Shown piece by piece: positions 20,521 to 31,967 of a DNA stretch of 64,000 bases (positions are counted from its first letter, which is position 1; the number at the start of each line of letters is the position of its first letter). The stretch comes from Peptococcaceae bacterium. GTDB taxonomy: Bacteria; Bacillota; Peptococcia; DRI-13; PHAD01. The notes under the pieces are model-generated. The model was not told where the DNA came from. It saw only the letters and a program-made list of their open reading frames with translations, and did no database searches. The stretch covers positions 3,855-67,854 of the forward strand of contig JAXGPE010000005.1 in the NCBI GenBank assembly GCA_040767105.1, in the 5' to 3' direction. Made by a program: the position numbers and the translations under genes.

Positions 20521-20946
20521 CTATTTTACTATAAGGATAGGAGATTTAACACAATTCAAAACTTTAGTGGCAACGCTCCCCAAAACGAAGCGCGAAACGG
20601 GATTAAGACCACGGCTTCCCATTATTACCAAACTATAGTTATTTTTATCCGCTTCATCGCATATCAATTCGGCGGCGTCTCCTGCAAGAATTTTAGAAGA
20701 GACTTCGATGCCGGCTGATTTAAAAATCTCCAGCCCTTTGGCTAAAATCTTTTCTGAATCTTTGATCAACAATTCTTCTAGAGCAACTTTGTCGTAGACT
20801 ACTCTGTTTGAATAAGAGTGAATAGAGTCTCTGACATGCAGTAAATCAATTTTAGAATTATCAAGCTGAGCTAAACGCACCGCGTATTCGGCAGCCTTTA
20901 CCGAATGCTTTGAACCATCATAAGCAAGTAATATTTTACCAAACAT
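20521..20946 (-). CDS. Universal stress protein (UspA family)
   Basis: 141-aa ORF with MFGKILLAYDGS...LVIMGSRG...GSVATKV, typical Usp motifs. Confidence 0.88.
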   Translation of the reverse strand: MFGKILLAYDGSKHSVKAAEYAVRLAQLDNSKIDLLHVRDSIHSYSNRVVYDKVALEELLIKDSEKILAKGLEIFKSAGIEVSSKILAGDAAELICDEADKNNYSLVIMGSRGLNPVSRFVLGSVATKVLNCVKSPILIVK

Positions 20947-21066
20947 TTTATTGCCCCTTTCCTCATATGCATATTCTTTTAAGTTATATTTTTCTATACA
21001 CTTTTGTATATTCCTCTAAAATAATAAAAATATATACCGCTTATTTGCGCCGGGAGGGTTTTTTAT

Positions 21067-22068
21067 ATGAAAAAAATCAGTTTGATATTTATTATTATGT
21101 TTGTTTTTTCCGCCGGTTGCACAAACAAAGAAAAGATGACAGATTATTTTCCGTATTACGAAAACACGACACTTCACTACGAGGGAACCGGAAATGAGTA
21201 CGCTTCCTACGTCGCTTATACTGATTATCTTGACACAGGCAGAATACAAATGAGAATTAACAACGGTGGTACCGAGATGACAAAAGTTTATGAAATAACG
21301 GATAATAAAATATCGCTGATATATCAAGAAGAGGAGTTTTATCACAGAGAAAAACTGATCGATAGAGTTTATTCAAATGAAGAAATATTGTTAATGGAGC
21401 CACTTAAAAAAGGAACACAGTGGATCTTGCCAGACGGCAGGACGAGAGCGATCACAGCAACAAGGATCAATATTGATACACCGATTGGTGAATTTAAGGC
21501 AATAGAAGTCACAACCATCAATACCGATAGTATTTCAAAGGATTACTATGCTGCAGGAATAGGACATATAAAAAGCGTATTTATTGCAAAAGACTACGAG
21601 GTTTCATCATCGCTTGAAACAATTGATCCCCAAACTTCCTGGGACCAAGTTATAAAAGTATATTATCCAAATATAAACGATGAAAGGTTTTATTTTATTG
21701 ATCAAAATATAAGCTTTCACACAAATGATTCGATTGAAGATGCATTTGAGTATTTGTTGAAAACTGATCCTCCAGAGGGATTCGGAGCATTGCTTGGCAA
21801 TAATGTGGAAATCATGAGTATTGATCGCTTAAAAGATAATTCTGTACACATCGATTTTTCAAAAGAATTTATTCGCGAAATGAATGCCGGAGCAAATTTT
21901 GAAGGAATGATCCTGCAGTCTGTGGTTAACACGATAGGTGATTACTACCGAGTCGAACAAGTGCTTTTAACCATCGAAGGGGCACCCTATTCTTCCGGGC
22001 ATTTTGAATTTGCGGAGGGAGAGAAATTATCGGTAGATCATACAAACATTCAAGAGGTTATCAAATAA
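21067..22068 (+). CDS. Lipoprotein with C-terminal GerMN (germane) domain
   Basis: Signal peptide plus lipobox MKKISLIFIIMFVFSAGC. The C-terminal part (...VKVYYPN...LLTIEGAPY...) resembles GerMN domains. The N-terminal domain is unassigned. Confidence 0.6.
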   Translation: MKKISLIFIIMFVFSAGCTNKEKMTDYFPYYENTTLHYEGTGNEYASYVAYTDYLDTGRIQMRINNGGTEMTKVYEITDNKISLIYQEEEFYHREKLIDRVYSNEEILLMEPLKKGTQWILPDGRTRAITATRINIDTPIGEFKAIEVTTINTDSISKDYYAAGIGHIKSVFIAKDYEVSSSLETIDPQTSWDQVIKVYYPNINDERFYFIDQNISFHTNDSIEDAFEYLLKTDPPEGFGALLGNNVEIMSIDRLKDNSVHIDFSKEFIREMNAGANFEGMILQSVVNTIGDYYRVEQVLLTIEGAPYSSGHFEFAEGEKLSVDHTNIQEVIK

Positions 22069-22140
22069 AAAATAGGTTTATAAAAGAATATGGAGAGGGG
22101 GATAGTTGTTAGTATTATTTTACGATAGGAGAGATGATAT

Positions 22141-22602
22141 ATGTCAAATGAAAAAAAAAGAACAAACATCCAGTCCTTGCATGGAAAACTATGTGTAGCT
22201 CTGTATGAACAGCTTGGTGATGTTGTATTGCCAATTATAAAGGAAACGTACGGGGCATATGGTCGCGAGCTGGGTACCGGACTTAAAAGGAAATGGGATC
22301 CAAAGAGTTTCGATACTGCAATAAGCTCATTCGCTAAAATGTGCAATGATGGTGGCATGCCATTGGAGATAAGAATAGAAGGAGATACAGTATATGTCAA
22401 AGGGACTGTATGTCCTTTCAAACTTGAGGGTACATATTATAAAGTATGTGAAGCTATGATGGAGATGGACTTGGAAATGCTAAGAGTTCTTACTGGAGAA
22501 GAAAGGCTTAATATGTCTATCGAAAAAACTATTGCTGCAGGAGATCAAGCATGCGAAATGATATATTCTGTTAATAATGGGAAAGAGGCTGTGGATCAAT
22601 AG
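22141..22602 (+). CDS. Small cysteine-containing hypothetical protein (possibly ATC-hydrolase/V4R-like)
   Basis: 153-aa ORF after AGGAGAG. The pattern CPF...CEAMMEMD...AAGDQACE is reminiscent of PF14196-type proteins. This is a weak call from memory. Confidence 0.35.
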   Translation: MSNEKKRTNIQSLHGKLCVALYEQLGDVVLPIIKETYGAYGRELGTGLKRKWDPKSFDTAISSFAKMCNDGGMPLEIRIEGDTVYVKGTVCPFKLEGTYYKVCEAMMEMDLEMLRVLTGEERLNMSIEKTIAAGDQACEMIYSVNNGKEAVDQ

Positions 22603-22641
22603 ATGGCGATAATAAATCAGTTTTGTCAACTAAAATATTGC

Positions 22642-22680
22642 AAAAAAAAATAGGTTTAGCAAACGCTAAACCTTGTTTTT
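22642..22680. terminator. Bidirectional terminator (A9 - hairpin - T-run)
   Basis: aggtttagc-aaac-gctaaacct is flanked by aaaaaaaaa upstream and tgttttt downstream. It serves the 22141 gene (+) and tRNA-Trp copy 1 (-). Confidence 0.8.
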
Positions 22681-22681
22681 A

Positions 22682-22809
22682 CATGGCAGGGGCGGCAGGA
22701 ATCGAACCCGCAACCAACGGATTTGGAGTCCGCTACTCTACCAGTTGAGCTACACCCCTGTTATTTACACATTGCTCATTATATGACAAGATATTTATTA
22801 TGTCAATTA
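22682..22809. repeat. Direct repeat copy 1 (128 bp): tRNA-Trp gene plus its consensus promoter
   Basis: Identical to 25460..25586 except for one G in a G-run. The minus strand reads ttgaca (22801-22806), 17 nt, tataat (22778-22783), then the tRNA. Confidence 0.9.
22684..22759 (-). tRNA. tRNA-Trp (anticodon CCA), copy 1, intact
   Basis: The reverse complement is aggggtgtagctcaactggtagagtagcggactCCAaatccgttggttgcgggttcgattcctgccgcccctgcca. It has a 7-bp acceptor stem AGGGGTG/CGCCCCT, discriminator G and an encoded CCA. Confidence 0.92.
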
Positions 22810-22956
22810 ATAAGATTTAGTGGAAAATGGTTTGCTCGGCAGGCATGCAGAAAGTGCTTAGGAGCTATTATTGAGGCTGGAAAAGCTATTGCTTTATACT
22901 GATAAAGTGATATAATATTAGAAGGATTTTACAGACTGAAATTGGAGGAATTTTAA

Positions 22957-23764
22957 ATGAAGAAGTTAATATCTTTGCTTTTGGCGTTAACCATGGTTCT
23001 TGCACTGACTGCATGTGGAAATTCGGAAAAAAATCCGACAACAAATCAGTCCCAGGATGAAAGTGATTTGAGTTATATTAAAGGTAATGGAAAGCTGATA
23101 ATTGGTTATACCGATTATGCTCCCATGAATTATACAGATGAAAGTGGCACTTTTACCGGCTTTGACACAGAACTGGCAACTATAGTCTGTGATGAACTTG
23201 GTGTTGAGCCTCAATTTGTAGAAATCAACTGGGATACAAAGTGGAACTGAATGCAAAATCCATGAAGCTGCATATGGAACGGTCTGACAATCAACGACGA
23301 TCGTTTAAAAACCATGGAAATCACCCAGCCTTATGTAAAGAATGCACAGGTGGTTGTGATGAGGGAAGACGCTGCTTATGAAGGTACTGCATCCTTAATT
23401 GGCAAAAATGTTGCGGCAGAGCAAGGCTCCGCCGGCGAAAGCACCATTCAGGAGACGATAACCTGAAGCAGAGCAATATTGTTCCAAAACATTGCAGACG
23501 CTGAAGCCCTGATGGAAGTGAAAGCCGGAACTGCTGACGCAGCTGTATTAGACTTGACATTGGCAAATACCATGACAGGTGAGGGCACCAGCTATGCTGA
23601 TATTACCATCGTAGATCGCTTGGCGGAAGAGAATTATGAGGTGCGCCTTTCCGAAAGGGTTCTGACATTTGTACAGAAGTGAATAAAATATTTGACGAAT
23701 TAATTGCAGATGGTACCATGAGTGATTTAGCAGAAAAAAATACGGACTGGATCTGGCTAAATAG
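22957..23764 (+). pseudogene. Polar amino-acid ABC transporter substrate-binding lipoprotein, multiply frameshifted
   Basis: Starts MKKLISLLLALTMVLALTACGN (lipobox). SBP family-3-like segments (LIIGYTDYAPMNY, GFDTELA, IWNGLTINDDR, MEVKAGTADAAVLD, DGTMSDLAEKYGLDLAK) are scattered over three frames. Confidence 0.8.
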
Positions 23765-23843
23765 CTAGATGATATATAGAAAATGGGTATGGGGCAGAGG
23801 ATAAACCTTTGCCTCTTAGTTTATCTATTGAGGTTAGAAAAAT

Positions 23844-24500
23844 ATGAATCAGATTCCTGTGATCATTGAACGTTTATCCGAGAGCTTTCTTATCAATTGC
23901 AAGCTCTTTACCTTAACGCTTTTATTCTCACTGCCCTTAGGGTTGTTGATTGCTTTTGGTTCCATGAGCCGCTTTCGCCCCATCCGTTGGCTAGTACGAA
24001 CATTTGTATGGACTATACGTGGAACGCCGTTGATGCTTCAGCCATTATTATTTTCTACGGACCAGGTCTTTTGGAAATGCATTTTCCTGGCCAAATGGTT
24101 CGTCAGGACGTTTGTTGCAGCTGTTGTTGCCTTTGTCATCAACTATGCCTGTTATTTTTCGCAGAGATTTATCGAGGCGGCATTGAAAACATGCCGAGGG
24201 TCAATATGAAGCTGGACAAGTCTTGGGCATGACAAAGAGGCAGATATTTTTCAAGGTGACACTGCTTCAAGTAATTAAGCGCATCCTTCCGCCAATGGGT
24301 AATGAGGTGATTTTTAGTGAAGGATACATCTCTTGCCCGCATCATTGCAAATAAAAGAGATTATTATGATGGCTGGAGAATATAGCAGTAAAGGATGTTG
24401 GCCTCTCTTTGCTACAGGGATCTATTTCCTTGTATTTGTGGGTGTTTTAACCTTACTGCTTGATTGGTTGGAAAAGAAGCTGCATTATTTCCGTACATAG
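23844..24500 (+). pseudogene. Amino-acid ABC transporter permease (His/Glu/Gln/Arg type), multiply frameshifted
   Basis: Fragments ...LLFSLPLGLLIAFGSMSRFRPIRWLVRTFVWTIRGTPLMLQ..., then ...EIYRGGIENMPRGQYEAGQVLGMTKRQIFFKVTLLQVIKRILPP... and ...LLDWLEKKLHYFRT lie in different frames. Confidence 0.8.
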
Positions 24501-24516
24501 AGAGGAGGGAATTATA

Positions 24517-25303
<787 letters not shown>

Positions 25304-25418
25304 GGTAACATCAGATTATTATTCATGTCCACTATCTGCATAATTTGTGCAATCTTAATAATACCCATTCTGAGCTTTTTTCCGTAGTCGGCATTTAGTA
25401 TTTTATATTCAAAAACGA

Positions 25419-25450
25419 AAAAATAAAAACTCCCGCAAACCTTGCGAGAG
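25419..25450 (-). terminator. Minus-strand terminator for tRNA-Trp copy 2
   Basis: The minus strand reads ctctcgcaa-ggt-ttgcgggag followed by tttttattttttcg. It differs from the terminator of copy 1. Confidence 0.7.
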
Positions 25451-25459
25451 TTAGTTATG

Positions 25460-25586
25460 CATGGCAGGGCGGCAGGAATCGAACCCGCAACCAACGGATT
25501 TGGAGTCCGCTACTCTACCAGTTGAGCTACACCCCTGTTATTTACACATTGCTCATTATATGACAAGATATTTATTATGTCAATTA
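25460..25586. repeat. Direct repeat copy 2 (127 bp): tRNA-Trp gene plus consensus promoter
   Basis: See copy 1. On the minus strand the -10 is at 25555-25560 and the -35 at 25578-25583. Confidence 0.9.
25462..25536 (-). tRNA. tRNA-Trp (anticodon CCA), copy 2, one nt shorter in the 3' acceptor strand as given
   Basis: Same sequence as copy 1, but tggcagggcgg replaces tggcaggggcgg. This leaves a 6-nt 3' acceptor strand (CGCCCT). Confidence 0.85.
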
Positions 25587-25684
25587 CTTGGACAAAGGTT
25601 GAATAAGCATATAATTAACATGTGTACAAATTATTCGATATGTAATAATATGGTAATTGATTAAACAAGCGAGGAGTGACGAAT

Positions 25685-26379
25685 ATGAGGGTGATTTTCC
25701 ATGGACATTCTTGTTTCTCAATATTAACAGATCGATATCATATAATCATAGACCCTTTTTTTATACGGGCAATCCAAAAGCAGAAATAAAAGTTGATGAA
25801 ATTAAGCCGACGCACATTTTATTGACACACGGACATCAAGATCACCTTGGAGACGCTATATATCTTTCAAAAAAATCAAAAGCTATAATAATTGCACCGA
25901 ATGAGCTTGGTTTATATTGTGCGAGTTTAAAGGCGCTCTGGTTCATCGAATGCATATAGGAGGAAGCTGAGGAACTTTGAATTTGGCTGGGTGAAGCTCA
26001 CTCCTGCGTAGCATGGTTCAGCGGTTGTAGAAAATAACAAGATAATATATACTGGTACACCTTGCGGTTATATTATCAGGATTGAGATAAGTATATTTAT
26101 CATGCCGGAGATACGGGATTGTTTGGTGACATGTCATTGATCGGTGATTCATATGATTTGACCTGTGCTATGATACCCATCGGAGATAATTATGTCATGG
26201 GGCCAGAAGATGCAATCAAAGCAGCGGAAATGTTGAACCCAAAAATCGTAATACCAATGCATTACAATACTTTCCCGGAAATTGAACAAGACCCGGAAGA
26301 TTTTGCTCAGAGAACCAATGCTATTTTAGCTGAAAACAGAGTTAGAGTACTATCCCCCGGCGACTATATCAGCATATAA
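25685..26379 (+). CDS. UPF0173 metal-dependent hydrolase (YtkL-like, MBL fold); frame interrupted several times in this sequence
   Basis: MRVIFHGHSCFSILTD... (ATG 25685), ...THILLTHGHQDHLGDA..., ...YHAGDTGLFGDM... and the intact tail ORF 26119..26379 are collinear but in different frames. Confidence 0.75.
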
Positions 26380-26422
26380 AATATATACGCAGGAAGGTGA
26401 AGCTTTTATAGAGAGATACTAT

Positions 26423-27490
26423 ATGCTTGCTTTTCACCGAATAATGTACAACAGCATGAATAAATATTTCTCAATAATACCAAAGCATTTTGGTTCTTGG
26501 TGTGAAGCATGGAAGAGGATATGTAATTTTAATGAACTAGGTTTTACTTCCGATAAGGTAAATATACTATTGCAGGCAAAGAAACAAACAGATCCGATAA
26601 GGAACTTTGAATATCTGGAAAAGAAAAGTATAAAGGCATTAACTATAAATGATCCTGATTATCCAAAAAGCTTGAGAGAAATTCATAATTGCCCTTGTGT
26701 AATATACAATATCGGCAATAAAGAACTTCTGCACAAAGAAGCTGTAGCTATAATTGGTTCACGCAGTGCAACCCCTTATGGACTCAAACAAGCTGCAAAG
26801 CTTGCTGAACAATTGAGCGGCTGCGGATTGACAGTAGTAAGTGGTTTAGCAAGAGGACTAGATGCTGAAGCTCATTCCGGTGCCTTGAAAGCTGCAGGAA
26901 AGACTGTGGCTGTATTGGGATCAGGTATCGATATCTCTTATCCGCGAGAAAACTATAAGTTGTATAAGGAGATTTGCGAATATGGACTTGTGATCAGCGA
27001 GTATCCACCTCAGATACCGCCCTTAAGACATCATTTCCCGTCGAGAAACAGGATGATCAGCGGACTAAGTCTAGGTGTGCTCATAATCGAGGCTGCTGCA
27101 CGGAGCGGTACACTTATCACATGCGATTATGCTCTTGATCAGGGGAAAGAAGTATTCGCTCTCCCGGGTCCGGTAACAAGCTCTAATAGTATAGGTACAT
27201 TGAGATTGATCCAAAGTGGTGCAAAACTGGTGATCGATGTACATGATATATTGAATGAGCTTCCGCTAAATATAGATAGCTTGATTTTGCAGGAAGATAA
27301 ACAAGCTATTTCTGATGATTATGATAAAAGCAAAGAGACGCTATTAAAATATTTTTCATGGGAACCTGTTCATATCGATAAGCTGCTCTGTGTTTCAAAT
27401 AGAGGTAAAATTGATCAAGAAGTATTGCTGGATATGGAAATTAAAGGATTGATAAAACAGCTGCCAGGAAAGTATTATGTAAGGGTGTAG
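26423..27490 (+). CDS. dprA: DNA-processing protein DprA (Smf)
   Basis: 355-aa ORF with AIIGSRSATPYG, SGLARGLDAEAH and EAAARSGTLIT (Rossmann-like DprA core). Confidence 0.9.
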   Translation: MLAFHRIMYNSMNKYFSIIPKHFGSWCEAWKRICNFNELGFTSDKVNILLQAKKQTDPIRNFEYLEKKSIKALTINDPDYPKSLREIHNCPCVIYNIGNKELLHKEAVAIIGSRSATPYGLKQAAKLAEQLSGCGLTVVSGLARGLDAEAHSGALKAAGKTVAVLGSGIDISYPRENYKLYKEICEYGLVISEYPPQIPPLRHHFPSRNRMISGLSLGVLIIEAAARSGTLITCDYALDQGKEVFALPGPVTSSNSIGTLRLIQSGAKLVIDVHDILNELPLNIDSLILQEDKQAISDDYDKSKETLLKYFSWEPVHIDKLLCVSNRGKIDQEVLLDMEIKGLIKQLPGKYYVRV

Positions 27491-27516
27491 ATTTTATGAA
27501 TCAGAGGTGAATATTT

Positions 27517-29613
27517 TTGTCAAAAACACTTGTAATTGTTGAGTCTCCGGCTAAAGCTAAAACCATAGGAAAGTTTTTGGGTAAAAAATATATAGTGAAA
27601 GCATCAATGGGTCATGTTCGCGATCTACCCAAAAGTCAGCTTGCCGTCGATGTAGAAAATGATTTCAGCGTAAGATATATTACAATTCGTGGCAAAGGAG
27701 ACTTAATTAAGGAGTTGAAATCTGCAGCCCAAAAGTCGGAACACATTTTGCTGGCAACTGACCCTGACCGAGAGGGAGAGGCTATTGCGTGGCACTTAAA
27801 AGAATTATTGGGTATATCTGAAAAAGAAAAATGTCGAGTAGAATTTAACGAAATAACGCAAAAGACGATCACTGATGCTGTAAAAAATCCACGAGAGGTA
27901 AATTATCAACTCGTTAATGCTCAACAAACCAGAAGGGTATTGGATAGACTTGTCGGGTATAAATTAAGTCCTTTGTTGTGGCGAAAAATAAAAAAAGGTT
28001 TAAGCGCCGGGAGGGTCCAGTCTGTAGTAGTAAGATTGATTTGTGATCGCGAGAATGAAATAAACAAATTCATCGAGGAAGAGTATTGGTCGATAACTGC
28101 ATCGCACCATAAGGATAAAGTAAAATTTGAATCAAAACTACAAAAAATAGATAATAAAAAGGCTTATATAAAAAATGAGGCTAAAGCAAAAGAAATACTT
28201 CTGGATATTGGCCAGGATCAATTTGTTGTAAGTGATATTTCAAAAAAGAAACAAAGGAAAAATCCTGCGCCTCCATTCATAACAAGCACACTTCAACAGG
28301 AAGCTTACCGTAAATACGGATATGCAGCAAAAAAAACTATGATCATCGCCCAACAACTTTATGAAGGTATTGACTTGAGCAAAGCTCAAGGAACTGTCGG
28401 GTTGATAACGTATATGCGGACGGATTCCACAAGAATAAGTGAAGAAGCTAAAAATTCAGCTCTACTATATATTAAGGATAATTACGGAATTGACTATGTC
28501 CCTGAAATAGCAAAAAAACATAATTCAAAAGTTAAAATACAAGGTGCCCATGAATGTGTTCGCCCAACTGATGTAAATTTAATGCCTGATAAAATCAAAG
28601 AGTTTCTTTCTGCTGAACAATATAAAGTATATCGATTGATTTGGGAAAGATTTCTGGCATCTCAAATGGCCCCGGCGATAATTGATTCAACTTCAGCGAA
28701 TTTTATCGTTAAAAAATATCAATTTAAAGCAACCGGGTCAGTAACTATATTTCAAGGATATACTAAAATTTATATCGAAGGAAAAGACGAGCAGGAAAAT
28801 GAAACAGGGGGTAGCTTACCTGATTTAAAAGCTGGAGAAGCGATATCCGCAAAAGAGCTGATCCCAAAACAGCATTTCACCCAACCTTTGCCAAGATTTA
28901 CCGAAGCTACTTTGATCAAAACTCTTGAAGAAAATGGTATAGGTCGTCCAAGTACATATGCTCCTATTTTAGATACGATTCTCAGTCGTGGATATGTTGT
29001 AAAAAGGCAAAAGCAATATTCGCCAACAGAATTAGGTTGTGTGGTTATCGATTTATTAAAAAACTATTTTCCGGAAATAATCAGTACGGAGTTTACCGCA
29101 CGCCTTGAGAAACAATTGGATGGTGTTGAAACAGGCGAAACTGAATGGAAAGAAATGCTTAATAATTTCTATGGACCATTCTATAAGGAATTAGAAAAGG
29201 CTGAAAATGAAATCGGAAAAATTGAATTAAAAGAAGAGGAATCTGATGTAAAGTGTGAAAATTGTGGTAAGTTGATGGTTTATAAAATGGGAAGATTCGG
29301 CAAATTTTTAGCGTGCCCCGGATTTCCCCAATGTCGAAATACAAAACCAATTCTTGAAGAAACAGGCATTGCCTGTCCTAAATGCAGTGAAGGACGTATT
29401 GTGATACGATCTTCGCGTAAAGGCAAAAAATTTTATGGTTGCAGTACTTATCCTAACTGCGATTACGTTTCATGGGATGAGCCGGCAGGGGAAAAATGCC
29501 CGAGATGCAGCAACGATTTATATATAAAGAGGAATAAAGCAGGAGTGAAGGCCTATTGCATAAGTAAAGACTGCGGATTTGAAAAAAAGTTGAATGAGGA
29601 ACAAAATGGATAG
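27517..29613 (+). CDS. topA: DNA topoisomerase I
   Basis: 698-aa ORF with a TTG start. Has the TOPRIM LVIVESPAKAKTI, DPDREGEAI, the active-site region YMRTDST, and C-terminal Cys4 zinc ribbons. Confidence 0.95.
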   Translation: MSKTLVIVESPAKAKTIGKFLGKKYIVKASMGHVRDLPKSQLAVDVENDFSVRYITIRGKGDLIKELKSAAQKSEHILLATDPDREGEAIAWHLKELLGISEKEKCRVEFNEITQKTITDAVKNPREVNYQLVNAQQTRRVLDRLVGYKLSPLLWRKIKKGLSAGRVQSVVVRLICDRENEINKFIEEEYWSITASHHKDKVKFESKLQKIDNKKAYIKNEAKAKEILLDIGQDQFVVSDISKKKQRKNPAPPFITSTLQQEAYRKYGYAAKKTMIIAQQLYEGIDLSKAQGTVGLITYMRTDSTRISEEAKNSALLYIKDNYGIDYVPEIAKKHNSKVKIQGAHECVRPTDVNLMPDKIKEFLSAEQYKVYRLIWERFLASQMAPAIIDSTSANFIVKKYQFKATGSVTIFQGYTKIYIEGKDEQENETGGSLPDLKAGEAISAKELIPKQHFTQPLPRFTEATLIKTLEENGIGRPSTYAPILDTILSRGYVVKRQKQYSPTELGCVVIDLLKNYFPEIISTEFTARLEKQLDGVETGETEWKEMLNNFYGPFYKELEKAENEIGKIELKEEESDVKCENCGKLMVYKMGRFGKFLACPGFPQCRNTKPILEETGIACPKCSEGRIVIRSSRKGKKFYGCSTYPNCDYVSWDEPAGEKCPRCSNDLYIKRNKAGVKAYCISKDCGFEKKLNEEQNG

Positions 29614-30919
29614 CATAAATATTATTGGCGCAGGCCTTGCGGGTAGTGAAGCCGCATGGCAGATCGCAAAAAGAGGTTTTAAGGTCAGATTATACGAGAT
29701 GCGGCCAAACGTTATGACTCCAGCTCATCACACTTCAAAATTTGCCGAATTAGTTTGTAGTAATTCTTTGAAGGCGGATACCCTTGATAGTGCATCCGGC
29801 CTATTGAAACAGGAATTGCGCTTGCTGGATTCCCTGATAATTAGCAATGCTGAAAAAACGAAAATACCTGCCGGAGGGGCTCTGGCGGTTGATCGAGAGG
29901 CTTTTTCAGAATCTATTACGGAAAAACTGTTAGGATTGACAAATATCGAAATAATTAGAAATGAAGTTGTAAATATCGATGATCGAGAAATTACTATCGT
30001 AGCCACAGGTCCACTTACCAGCAAGAAATTATCAGAACAGCTACAGCTTATAACCGATCAAAAATTTTTGTATTTTTATGATGCCGCAGCTCCTTTGATC
30101 GAGGCTGACTCGATAGATGATTCAAAAGTATTTTGGGCTTCCCGTTATGGAAAAGGTACTGCAGATTACCTTAACTGTGCAATGTCCAAGGAAGAATATG
30201 ACAGGTTTTATTCTGCCCTGATCAACGCAGAAACACAACCCTTAAAGGAATTCGAAAAGCAAAAGACTTTTGAAGGGTGTATGCCTATTGAGGTAATTGC
30301 TAAAAGAGGTTATAAGACAATGCTTTTTGGACCATTAAGGCCCGTAGGCCTTCATTCAGAAGCTATTGATGCAAATAAGCCATATGCAATTGTACAGCTT
30401 CGCAGGGACAATGCAGCGAAAACACTTTTCAATATGGTCGGATTCCAAACAAATTTAAAATGGAAAGAACAAAAGAACGTTTTCAGATTGATCCCGGGAC
30501 TTGAAAAAGCAGAATTCGCAAGATTTGGAGTCATGCATCGCAATACATTTATCAATTCCCCCAAAATACTTCTTCCGACAAAACAACTTAAACTAAGAAG
30601 AAACATATTGATCGCGGGTCAATTATCCGGGGTTGAAGGATATATGGAATCAACAGCTTCCGGACTTCTGGCCGGAATTAATGCGGTGAGGATCATAAGT
30701 GGAGAAGAACCGCTTATTATGCCGCGAAACACCGCATTTGGCTCATTGATGCATTATATTACCAACGCTGATCCGGATGATTTTCAACCTGCAAATATTA
30801 ATTTTGGGTTACTTCCGGAATGGCCAAAAGAGCTTAAAGATAAAAGAGAAAAAAAGCTATGTATCGCAAATAGGGCTATTGAATCAATGATAGAGTTTAT
30901 TAATAAGCATAAATTGTAA
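29606..30919 (+). CDS. trmFO: Methylenetetrahydrofolate--tRNA-(uracil54-C5)-methyltransferase TrmFO
   Basis: ORF 29594..30919. ATG 29606 gives MDSINIIGAGLAGSEAAWQ (FAD-binding GxGxxG). Position after topA is conserved. Confidence 0.92.
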   Translation: MDSINIIGAGLAGSEAAWQIAKRGFKVRLYEMRPNVMTPAHHTSKFAELVCSNSLKADTLDSASGLLKQELRLLDSLIISNAEKTKIPAGGALAVDREAFSESITEKLLGLTNIEIIRNEVVNIDDREITIVATGPLTSKKLSEQLQLITDQKFLYFYDAAAPLIEADSIDDSKVFWASRYGKGTADYLNCAMSKEEYDRFYSALINAETQPLKEFEKQKTFEGCMPIEVIAKRGYKTMLFGPLRPVGLHSEAIDANKPYAIVQLRRDNAAKTLFNMVGFQTNLKWKEQKNVFRLIPGLEKAEFARFGVMHRNTFINSPKILLPTKQLKLRRNILIAGQLSGVEGYMESTASGLLAGINAVRIISGEEPLIMPRNTAFGSLMHYITNADPDDFQPANINFGLLPEWPKELKDKREKKLCIANRAIESMIEFINKHKL

Positions 30920-30957
30920 TGAGCAGACTTTAGGAACAAATACAGGGGGTCCTACAC

Positions 30958-31860
30958 TTGCTTTTGACCGTTTTGACAGATAGTTATTTTGAATATTTGA
31001 AGAGTGAAAGGAATATTTCTGACAAAACTGTTAATTCGTATAACAGTGACTGGCAGGATTTTTATCATTATTTAGAGGAAATAGCAGGCTATGAGCTTGC
31101 CAGTTTAAACGCGGAACTTATCAACCATACTTTAGTGCGAAGTTATCTCGCTTATTTAAATAAAAGAGGGCTTAGCAAATCAACAATTGCCAGAAGACTG
31201 TCTTCGCTAAGAAGCTTTTTCAAATATTTGATGCATAAAGAAATATTAATAAAGAATCCATTAAATTATGTTTCTACACCAAAACTCTCACGTAAATTAC
31301 CGCGTTATCTTGAACAACCAGAAATGCAAAGACTTCTTGATACACAAAAAAATAGCTCATGGTCTGATAAAAGAAATAGAGCGATCCTTGAGCTTTTATA
31401 TGGAGCTGGCTTAAGAGTTAGTGAACTAGTTAAACTGGATGTACAAAGCATTGATTTTAACTCTGGCTATTTAAAGGTGATGGGAAAAGGTAGTCGTGAA
31501 AGGATTCTGCCAATTGGAAAAAGTGCCATCACTGCTATTTTGGATTACATTGAAGCGTCTTCAGATTTATTTACTTCTTCAAACGCAGCATTGTTTTTAA
31601 ACAATAAAAAAAGTCGTTTAAGTGATCGGTCTGTACGCAATATTGTAAAACAAAAGTGCAAAATAGCATCAACAAAAGAAATACTCTCCCCGCACGGTTT
31701 TAGACACAGCTATGCTTCTCATTTGCTTGATAACGGTGCGGATCTGAGGATAGTTCAGGAACTATTAGGTCATAAAAAACTTTCTTCGACGCAAATATAT
31801 ACACATGTCTCACGTAATAAACTCAGAAATATATACCAAAAAAGTCACCCCCGAGCATAA
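30958..31860 (+). CDS. xerC: Tyrosine recombinase XerC
   Basis: 300-aa ORF with GLRVSEL, HGFRHSYASHLL and LGHKKLSSTQIYTHV (R-H-R-Y catalytic set). Confidence 0.9.
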   Translation: MLLTVLTDSYFEYLKSERNISDKTVNSYNSDWQDFYHYLEEIAGYELASLNAELINHTLVRSYLAYLNKRGLSKSTIARRLSSLRSFFKYLMHKEILIKNPLNYVSTPKLSRKLPRYLEQPEMQRLLDTQKNSSWSDKRNRAILELLYGAGLRVSELVKLDVQSIDFNSGYLKVMGKGSRERILPIGKSAITAILDYIEASSDLFTSSNAALFLNNKKSRLSDRSVRNIVKQKCKIASTKEILSPHGFRHSYASHLLDNGADLRIVQELLGHKKLSSTQIYTHVSRNKLRNIYQKSHPRA

Positions 31861-31967
31861 AAATATATTGCTTGAATATACTGAAAATACTATTGATGAA
31901 ATAAAAATATTTGCGTATACTTTAATGAGTCAGGCATAATTTGGGATAATATATAGGGGGAAATTCA

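Noticed and set aside
22810-22956. Search for an integrase, transposase, inverted repeats or att-like short repeats at the inner edges of the tRNA-Trp-flanked island.
   Set aside because: Only a plausible promoter for the ABC operon is present. No ORF or terminal inverted repeat was found, so the island is not called a mobile element.
31861-31967. Absence of hslV-hslU (clpQY) between xerC and codY, unlike the Bacillus subtilis codV-clpQ-clpY-codY operon.
   Set aside because: This gene-order difference is common among Clostridia-type genomes. There is no remnant sequence or scar in the 107-bp spacer.
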